NCBI RefSeq assembly: GCF_009914755.1
Contig: NC_060944.1
Direction: 5' to 3' (one strand)
Source: the human T2T-CHM13v2.0 reference genome, Homo sapiens
DNA: 64,000 bases
Of the stretch, positions 47,224-64,000 are shown piece by piece; position 1 is the stretch's first letter; each line of letters starts with the position of its first letter. Under the pieces are notes generated by a model that did not search any database, was not told where the DNA came from, and saw only the letters and a program-made list of their open reading frames with translations. Position numbers and translations under genes: made by a program.

Positions 47224-50200
47224 GTGAGAGAGACTATCCCTCCATGCCTAGGGTGGGGGGATGGGCCTGGGGGCTACCTGTGACATCAGGGGCATCTCTG
47301 GTGCTGGCGTCACTACGGAGAAGTTCTAATGCCTGATGCAGAAAAGGCCTCACTAGCAGTAAGCACACCGCGAGCTGGGGGAAACAGAGGCCTCTGTGTT
47401 TGTAACAGACAAATCAAAGCCTCACTGGTGTGCTCCAAAATTCAGGTCAGAACAGAGTGTCAGCCTTTCTCTACCTTCCTCCCTGACTTCAGGAGGCTGA
47501 GACAGATAAAACTGCTCATTTAAACTCACTGGGAAATACAGGCTTTCTGAAGAGACTGACACACTATCTGCATACTCCAATGGGACAGCATTTTCCTTAC
47601 TGCCCTGACTGGTCCCTGCAGACATGGAAACACCTGCCCCATCTCCCAGCAAAGTCCCCTCCCAGCAAAGAGGGGACTCGGGAGATGTGAGTCTTTTAAA
47701 GAAGATTATGTGGCATGGATTAGATTGATGGAAATGAAGCTGATTGAATGGAATTAGTTTTTTTTAAGTGCAGCATTCTTTTTACACTAAGGTGCAGTAA
47801 CGGAGACTGGATTTACTCTCCTGCCTAAAATAACCAAAGTGTGGCTAAAATATAGAAAACACTGTTCATCACTGTAACAAAGGCCAGCGATGCCTGGGAG
47901 ATGGGAAACAAGCCAAGCGAATCCTGTGGCTGCCCCAGTTGTTTGCCTTGACAGACCTTCTAGGTCACAACGCAGGGCAGGAAGAGCCAGAAGACTTCCC
48001 GAGTCTTTAAGTCCATGCAGACTAGAGTGACTAAAGTCTGAAGGACAGAGTACTAGAAAGGACAGAGTGCACAGAGAGAGACATCATTGATCAGCAGATC
48101 AGTCAGGCAGTCAGCTGAGTGCTGATCGCACCAGGCATGTGAGGAAACCCCTTAAGGCCAGGCTGAGAAAAGAACCTCTGAAAAGGATGAGGATTAATAG
48201 TGCCCATGCTTGTACAAAGTTAGGAATAGTGCCTGTTCTCACCAGCCAGACTGGAAAAGCTTATGATTTGCAAGAGAGTACACAAAAGAGTCTTGTGGAG
48301 AATAATTAGTTCTAGAGAGGGCACCGCTCCAGTCCTGCTTAACAAATCTTTAAAGCAAGAACTAAAAGAATCAAAGTAACTTAACTGAGTCCCAGAACAA
48401 AGTACAAGACTATCTATAGGAATACAGAATTACTTGGCACTCACCAAGATGAAATTCACAATGTGTGGAATCCAATAAAGAATTACCAGCACTCACAAAA
48501 CTGGTAATATATTATGCATAAGGTGGAGATAAATCAATCAGTTGAAACCTACATACATATGAAAACATGTTAGAATTAATGGACAAAAACATTAGAACAG
48601 TTATCATAACTGTATGTTCCAAAGGTTAAGGAGAGACATAAAAGATATAAAAATGCCCCAAATCAAACTTCTAGAGATTAAAAACTACAATCAATAAGAT
48701 GAAAAATACACCAGAAGGATTAACTCCAGGTTAGGCATTGCAGATGAAAGATTAGTGAACTTGAAACAAATATAAATGAGATGTTTTTTCAAGATACGTA
48801 TCAGTGAGTTTGGGGACAACTTCAGAGACCTAATATATGTGTAATAGAAGTCCACATGAAGAGAGAGAGACGCTAGGACAGAAAAAAAAAACACATTCGA
48901 AGAAATAATGACTGAAAAATGATAAATTTGATGAAAACAATATACTCACAGATACAAGAAGCTCAGCAAACACAAGAACATAAAGAAAACTATACCAAAG
49001 CCAGTGGAAAACCAGTGATAAAGAGAAAATCTTAAAAGCAGCCAGGAGTAGATTTGGGGGAAGTCAAGTTAGGAACAGAGAAACAAAGATATGAATAACA
49101 GGGGATTTCTTATTGGAAATAATACAAGCAGAAAGATAGTAGGATCACATCTTTAAAGAAATAGAAGAAAATAAACTCCACCCTAGAATTTTATACCCAG
49201 TAAATATCTTTCATTCAAAATAAAATATGAAATAAAGAGTTTGCCCTACACAGAAAAGGTGGAAAGGTGCATCACCAGCAGACCCACATTACGAGAAATG
49301 TTAAAGAAAGCCCTTTAGGCAGAAGGAAAATGGTATCAGATGGAAATTTGGCTCTACACAAAGAGTTGAAGAGCACTGGAAATGGTAACAAAGTGGGTAA
49401 ATATATAAGATTTTATCCTTAATATTTATATCTTTTTAAAAGATAGTGACTTCACAAACAAAAATAGCGCCGGGTTTATAACATATGTAAAAATAAAATG
49501 TATGACAAGAATAGCACAAAGAGCTTGAGAGGAGACCCAGACGGGAAAAGTATACTATTTTAAGGTTCTTATATCTAAAGTGCTATAATATCACCTAATG
49601 ACAGTCTGTGATCAGTTAAAGATGTACCACTAATGTTATAAATCAGATTCAAAGAGTTATATCTAATAAGCCTATAGTTGAGATTAAATATCATCATAAA
49701 AATACAAAATTAGACCAAAAGAAGACAAAAAGAGAGGAAAAAGGGAGCAAAGACTAGATGGGACAAATTACAAGATGACAGACTTAAACCTAAGTATACA
49801 ATAATTACATTAAACGTAAATGTTCCAAATGTCCCGATTAAAGATCATGTATATAAGGCAGATATAGAGTGGATAAAATGCAAAATTCAGTTATATGTAG
49901 ACTATAAAAATGCACTTTAAATATAAAGATACAATAGGCTAAATTTAAAGAATGGAAAAGGATACACCATGCCAACACTAATCAAAAGTTAGCTGGAATG
50001 GCTTTACTAATTTCAGACAAAGTAGATTCCAGAACACAGAATACTATAAGAGATAACAAAGGCCAAGAGAATGTAACAATCTTAAATACTTATGCACCCA
50101 ATAACAGTGCTTCAAAACATACGAAGCAAAAAGTTGTAGAACTGCAAAGATAAATCAATAAAAATTATAGTTAGAGATTTCAATATGCTCCTCTCAATAA

Positions 50201-50262
50201 TTGATAGAATAAGTAGGCAGAAAATCAGTAAGGATAAAGAAGATTTTAATGACAGTGTTGAC

Positions 50263-53200
50263 TAGCCTTGCCCCACCTCCTGGCCTGGGTAGCTGAAGTG
50301 CAGCACAGTGGCCCTCAGCATCCCATCAAATGTGACACACTGTGAACAATGTGGATCTTGTGGGCTGCAGCCCTGGTGGCTGAGGGAAGTGCTCTCTGGA
50401 TGCTGCATATGGAACCACTGTGTTCTCAGTGTGTAGATTCACAGATAGACATGAGTGAATAATAATAGAAAATGGCATGGAACAGTGGGCATCAATGTCA
50501 AGATGATACTGGGTAACACCCTACAACTGGATGAACTAATGAGTGAAGAAGAGTATGAGAAATATGTAAAATCCATTGAGGAGTGAGAATGGGACCTCTC
50601 AATAAACTAGAATGAAACAACTTAATTCAGCATAGTTGTCTTAAATTAGTAATAGATGGAAGACATAAAATAGCAAGTTTTGGTATTACCAGTGGATAAA
50701 GAAACTACTCCCAACACTGCTGCTGGAAGAAAATACCCCTTTTCTAAAGATTTCAGACAAACACAATATGCATCTTTTTCACAATACTCTATGATTTTTA
50801 GGCTAGGCTCTAGTTATAATATTTAGAATTCATGAAGTTTTCTGTGGTGAGAACTAGCTGTAAAAATTATATATCTTGAGGATAACATTATGTCTTCAGC
50901 TTTATATAATATTGTAACTTGCTTATATCCATTCCTGGATTTGAGTCAAAATACTTAATGATCTTTGCATTGAAAATAATTTGGGAGTGGAGAAAACTTT
51001 TGTTAGTTGTACAATGTCAGATGAAGAACAATACTGTCTTTTTAAGTTTCAATAGTTTTGGGGCTAAAGTGGTTTTTGGTTACCTGGATAAGTTCTTTAG
51101 TGGTGATTTCTGAGATTTTAGTGCATCCGTCACCTGTGCAGTGTACACTGTACCCAATATGCAGTCTTTTATCCCTCACCCCTACCGGCCAAGTCCCCAA
51201 AGTCCATTATATCACTCTTACGCCTTTGCATCCTCATAGCTTATCTCCCACTTATGAATGAGAACATATGATATTTGCTTTTCCATACCTGAGTTACTTC
51301 ACTTAGAATAATGGCCTCCAGCTCTATCCAAGTTGCTGCAAAAGACATTATTTCATTCCTTTCTATGGTTGAATAGTATTTCATACTGTATATACCATAT
51401 TTTCTTTATCTACTTATTGGTTGATGGACACTTAGTTTGGCTACATATCTTTGCAATTGCAGATTGTCCTGCTGTAAACATGCATGTGCATGTGTCTTTT
51501 TCATATAATGACTTCTTTTCCTTTGGGTAGACACCTAGTAGTGGGATTACTGGATCAAATGGTAGTTCTACTTTACCTCTTTAAGGAATCTCCAAACTGT
51601 TGTCCATAGTGGTTGTACTAATTTACATTCCCACTGGCAGTGTAAAAGTGTTCCCTTTTCACCACATCCACACCAACATCTATTGTTTTTGATGTTTTAA
51701 TTGTGGCCATTCTTGCAGGAGTAAGGTGGTATTTCATTGTGGTTTTAATTTGCATTTTCTTGATGATTAGTGATGTTAAACATTTTTTCATGTTTGTTGG
51801 CTGTTTGTACATCTTTTGAAAAATATCTATTCATGCCCTTTGACCACTTTATGATGGGATTATTTGTTTTTTTCTTGCTGATCTGTTCGAATTCCTTGTA
51901 GATTCTGGATACTAGTCCTTTGTTGGGTACATAGTTTGCAAATATTTTTTCCCACTCTGTGGGTTGTCTGTTTACTTTGCTGATTATTTCTTTTGCTGTG
52001 CAGAAACTTTTTAGTTTAGTTAGGTCCAATTTATTTGTTGGTTTTTTGTTTTTTGTTTTGCATTTGCTTTTGGGGTCTTAGTCATGAATTCTTTGCCTAA
52101 GCAAATGTCCAGAAGAGATTTTTTTAATGTTATCTTCTAGAATTTTTATGGTTTCAGGTGTTAGATTTAAGTCTTTAATCCATATTATGTTGATTTTTGC
52201 ATAAGGTGAGAGATGAGTATCCAGTTTCATTCTTCTACATGTGACTTGCCAGTTTTCTCAGCACTATTTGTTGAATATGGTGTCCTTTTCCCACTTTATA
52301 TTTTTCTTTGCTTTGTCAAAGACTAGTTGGCTGTTAAGTATTTGGCTTTATTTCTGGGTTCTCTGTTCTGTTCTGTTGGTCTACATGCCTATTTTTATAC
52401 CAGTATTATGCTGCTTTGGCAACTATAACCTTGTAGTATAGTTTGAAGTCAGGTAATGAGATGCCTCCAGATTTGTTCTTTTTGCTTAGTCTTGCTTTGG
52501 CTATGCAGGCTCTTTTATGGCTCCGTATGAATTTTCAGATTGTTTTTTCTAGTTCTGTGAAGAATGACGATAGTATTTTCATGGGAATTGCATTGAATCT
52601 GTAGATTGCTTTTGGCAGTATGGTCATTTTCACAATATTGATTCTACCCATCCATGAGCATGGGATGTTATTTCCATTTGTTTGTGTCATCAGTGATTTC
52701 TTTCAGCAGTGTTTTGTAGTTTTCCTTGTAGATCTTTCACCTCCTTGGTTAAGTATATTCCTAGGGTTTTTTTGTTTTGTTTTTTGTTTTTGTATTTGTG
52801 GGTTTTGTTTGTGTCTGTTGTAAAAGGGATTGAGTTCTCTATTTGATTCTCAGCTTGGTCATTGTTGGTATATTGTAGTGCTACTGATTTGTGTACATTA
52901 ATTTTGTAACCTGAGACTTTACTGAATTTGCTTATCAGATCTAAGAGCTTTTTGGATGTTTTAGTGTTTTGGATGTTTTGTGTTTTCTAGGTATGTGATC
53001 ATATCATCAGGAAACAGCAACAATTTGACTTTCTCTTTTCCAATTTGGATGCCCTTTATTTCTTTCTCTTGTTTGATTTCTCTGGCTATGACTTCCAGCA
53101 CTATGTTGAATAGAAGTGGTGAAAGTGGGCATCCTTGTCTTATTCCAGTTCTCAGAAGGAATGCTTTCAACTTTTCCTCATTCAATATGATGTTGACAAT

Positions 53201-53330
53201 ACTTTCTTAATTTTGCAATACACTGAATTTGCTGGTGCTATTTATATACAGTGAAGCAACAGCTTGGCAGTAGAATAAGAAACAATATAGTAATAAAACA
53301 ACTTCATTACTCATGAAAAAACATGCAGAC
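50263..53330 (+). pseudogene. GCSH: Processed pseudogene of glycine cleavage system H protein, split by L1PB
   Basis: Translates FSVCRFTDRHE*IIIENG/GTVGI...[29 protein letters not shown] (GCSH: [24 protein letters not shown]...[29 protein letters not shown]); stop at 50584-50586; 3'UTR continues to 51040 and resumes at 53196; AATAAA at 53292. Confidence 0.93.
51041..53195 (-). mobile_element. 5'-truncated L1PB
   Basis: Reverse L1PB 3'UTR and ORF2; TSD acaatact(g/t)tctt at 51028-51040 and 53196-53208. Confidence 0.92.
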
Positions 53331-53606
53331 AAAACCACTACTGACCGATTTGGCGTAATTGACATATATAAAATACTTCACTCAACAACAGCAGAATATA
53401 CATTCTTTTCAAGTATACATAGAACATGGACAGTTTACCAAGATAGACCATATTATGGGCTATAAAACAAGACTCAATAAATTTAGGATTCAAGTCATCT
53501 GAGATATGGTCTCTCATGACAAAAGACTTAACAAGAAAATAAAACTGCAGATCAGTATTTCTCATGAACATTGATGAGGAAATTCTAATAAAAACTTAGC
53601 AAACTG

Positions 53607-60459
<6,853 letters not shown>

Positions 60460-61366
60460 TTAGCAAACTGAGTCAATATACAAAAAGGATAATCATGACT
60501 GAGTAGGGTTTATTCTAGGAATGCAAGTTTGGTTTAACATAAGAAAATCGGTGTAATTCACCATTTTAACAAACTAAAAAAAAACCATATGTTTATCTCA
60601 TAAATATATAAAAGACATTTGAAAATCTAACATTAATTCCTCATAAAGACTCTTAGCACTTTTTCAATTTGACAAAGGTTATTTTTGAAAAACTTACAGC
60701 AAACATCACACATAATGGTGAAGGACTAATTGTTTCACCCTTAAAGTCAGGAACAAGTTAAGAATGCCTTTTCTCACCACTTCTAATCAAAACTGTACTG
60801 AAGATTTGAACCAGTGCAAAAAGATAGGAAAAGAAATGAAAGGCATCCAGATTAAAAAGGAATAATTAAGACTATCTTTCACTCACAGACAACATGACTA
60901 CCTATGAAAAAAAAATCTGATGGAATCTACAAAACAGCTACTATAACTAATATATAAAAAATTAATATGCAAAATTTAGTTGCATCTCTGTATAATAGCA
61001 ATGAACAATCAGATTGAAATACCATCTACAACAGTACAAATATGTTAAATACTTATAGATTAAATCTGATGAAAGATATTCAAGACTTCTATGGTGAAAA
61101 CTACAAAACATTTCTGAGAGAAATTAAAGAAGACCTAAATACATGGAGAGATATTCTATGTTCGTGGGATATTGAATCTTTAAATCAGTTCTTTGCAAAT
61201 TTGGTAAAATCCCAATCACATTTTCAGCAGGAATTTTTATAGAAGTTTAATTAATTGATTCCAAAATTTATATGAAAATGGAGATAACCTAAAACAGCCA
61301 GAGAAACTTTGAAAAATAACAAAGCTGTAGGATAACACTAACTGATTTCAAGATTAATTATTGTAA

Positions 61367-61687
<321 letters not shown>

Positions 61688-62244
61688 TAATATAGGTGCT
61701 AAGGTCAACAGTAGGTTAATGGAATAGAATTAAACAACTCAGAAATAGGCTCAACATATAGACAACTGATTTTTGACAAAGGCACATGGCAATGTAGTGG
61801 AGAAAGAATAGTCTTTTCTCTCTGAAACAATTTTATATCCATATACAAACTTTTAAAAAACTCAATCCATACCTCACACCATATACAAAAATTAGCTGCA
61901 AATGAATCATAGACTTGAATGTAGAATTCAAACCAATATAACCTCTAGAGAAAACATAACATAGGAGAAAATGTTTGTGACCTTGGGTTAGGTAAGATTT
62001 CTTAGAAACAACATTAAAAGCACAATACATAAAAGAAGAAATTGACCAATTAGATGTCATCAAAATTTAAAACCTTTTCTTTTTGAAAAGTACTTTAAGA
62101 GAATGAAAAGACAAGCTACAGACTGGGAGAAAATATTTGCAAATTACATATCTGACAGAGGACTTGTTTCTACAACATATTTTTTAAAACTCTCAAAACA
62201 CAATAATACAAAGTAAAAAAGCTAATTAAAAATAGGCAAAAGAT

Positions 62245-62644
62245 CATCATTCTCAGTAAACTATCGCAAGAACAAAAAACCAAACACCGCATATTCTCAC
62301 TCATAGGTGGGAATTGAACAATGAGATCACATGGACACAGGAAGGGGAATATCACACTCTGGGGACTGTGGTGGGGTGGGGAGAGTGGGGAGGGATAGCA
62401 TTGGGAGATATACCTAATGCTAGATGACGAGTTAGTGGGTGCAGCGCACCACCATGGCACATGTATACATATGTAACTAATCTGCACAATGTGCACATGT
62501 ACCCTAAAACTTAAAGTATATTAAAAAAAATAGATTAAAACAAATATCAAATGAAAAAAAAAATGTGGCCAAATACTGTTATTGTGGAGAAGCCTGAATC
62601 TGGCATTAAATTACACCAAGTGGACCTTTGAAAAAAAAAAAAAA
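62245..62644 (+). mobile_element. L1PA2-like 3' fragment with 3'-transduced unique sequence
   Basis: Young L1 3'UTR (gagatcacatgg; GAG rather than ACA at the Ta diagnostic), A-tract, about 100 nt non-L1 sequence, ATTAAA, second poly(A); TSD aaaagat. Confidence 0.88.
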
Positions 62645-63186
62645 AAAAGATTTGAACTTTCCAAAATAAGACATCACATGAAATGACACTCAATCTCATT
62701 AGTCATTAGAGAAATGCAAATTAAAACCACAATCAAATACAACTACACGTCTATTAGAATGACCAAAACTAGAAAGATTAAGCATTCCAAGTGTTGGTGA
62801 GGATGTGTAAGTGCATCCACACCAGGATACTATTCAGCAACAAAGAGGACTAAACCACTGATGCGTGCAACAGCATGGATGAATTTCAAAGTAAACATGC
62901 TGAGTGAAAGAAGCCAGATCAAAAAAGAATAAATACTATTTGATTTCAGTAATATAAAATTACAGAAAGTACAAACTATAATGACAAAAATCATATCAGT
63001 ATTTGCCTGTGGTTGGCAGAGTAGAAAGGGTGGGAGTGAGAGGCACATGGGAACATGGAAGCTTGGGGGGTGATGTGTCATGTTCATTATCTTGATCGTG
63101 GTGATATTTTTATGGGTGTACACATAAATCAAAGCTTTTCAAAAAGGATACTTCAAATATATGTAGCTTATTGTATGTCAATTCTA

Positions 63187-63286
63187 TTAGGTTGGCACAA
63201 ATTACTTTTGGTGCACAAATAATTGCAGTTTTTGCCATTACTTTAATGCAATTACTTTTGATATAATTACTTTTGCACCATCATAA
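63187..63286. mobile_element. MADE1 (Hsmar1 MITE), internally rearranged
   Basis: ttaggttgg...taattgcagtttttgccattact...aattacttttgcacca; TA TSDs at 63185 and 63287. Confidence 0.85.
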
Positions 63287-63362
63287 TACCTCAATACAGT
63301 AGTTTTTTAAAGAAAAAACTTAGTGCACCTTTCAAGTTAAACAGAAGAATACGAATAATGGA

Positions 63363-63605
63363 GTAATAACTAACATCTCCAGAGAATCAGGAGGCGCCTG
63401 CACTATGCAAAGCATCTGTTTCTCTATCTGTCTGTCTTTATTTTATCCTCATAACAGCCTTATGAAATAGATGCTCTTCTCATCCCCTTTTCACAGAGGA
63501 GGAAACTGAGGTTACATAATTTTCCCAATGCCACAAGGCCAGTAAGCTGTAGAGCCAGGGTCTGAACCCTGGCAGTTTGCTCCAGAGTTGGACTCTAAAC
63601 CACTG
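63363..63605 (-). mobile_element. MIR
   Basis: atcctcataacagccttatga...cacagaggaggaaactgagg...tctgaaccctggcagt. Confidence 0.88.
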
Positions 63606-63648
63606 TAGGTGTCGATTAATTTTCATGTTTTGCTGTCATCATTTCCAG

Positions 63649-63723
63649 GGAAATATTGCCAGAGAAGCTGCATCCGAGGAAGCTTTAACAGCAGTCCAAA
63701 GTGGAAATGTTAGTGAACCGGAG
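63649..63723 (+). pseudogene. Candidate exon 3 (75 nt, phase 0 to 0)
   Basis: ttaat branch-like motif, tttcatgttttgctgtcatcatttccAG acceptor; open GNIAREAASEEALTAVQSGNVSEPE; donor GAG|GTAGGG. Confidence 0.45.
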
Positions 63724-64000
63724 GTAGGGTTTGACGAGGGCCTTTGCGTGCCTTCTAGCCACCCCATGGGTTTCACACCTTTCTACCTCAGAGGATTTGT
63801 GCCCTTTCCTCCTCCCAATCTCCCTGCCTGCCTCCACCAGTTCACACCTACCACCTCCTTTAGGACTTGCTGCACCAAGCCTCACCTCCTTACCTCTTCC
63901 CCTGCTGTGATTAATCTTTTCTTCTGTATCCTCTGCATGGCCTGGACTGTAAGTTGCATTTTCTACATAAATTATTTGCAAAAATTTTAGTAAATACAGC

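Overview
Primate, most likely human or great-ape, genomic DNA (AluY, L1PA2/3 and GCSH retrocopy present). It is about 75-80% interspersed repeat by eye, and no intact, recognisable protein-coding gene was found; nearly all ORFs in the track are L1 or Alu remnants. Bases 1-14 kb are unique sequence with Alu, MIR, LTR16 and MLT1 elements and a small TSD-flanked mRNA 3'-end retrocopy. Bases 14-43 kb are an ERV1 remnant and nested minus-strand L1s. Bases 43.4-47.8 kb are a largely unique island with an AmnSINE1 relic and a twin-primed L1PA. Bases 47.8-63.3 kb are one ancient plus-strand L1MD-like element hosting a GCSH processed pseudogene, two L1PBs, Alus, an L1PA2 with a 3' transduction and a MADE1. 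The best candidate for something undescribed is a phase-compatible three-exon reading frame on + (46038-46314, 47132-47223, 63649-63723). It has a perfect Kozak ATG and canonical splice sites, and is broken only by three in-frame TGA codons, consistent with an unprocessed or unitary pseudogene of an acidic, Ser/Glu-rich protein. Repeat subfamily names and parent-gene identities come from recalled consensus sequences, not from database searches.
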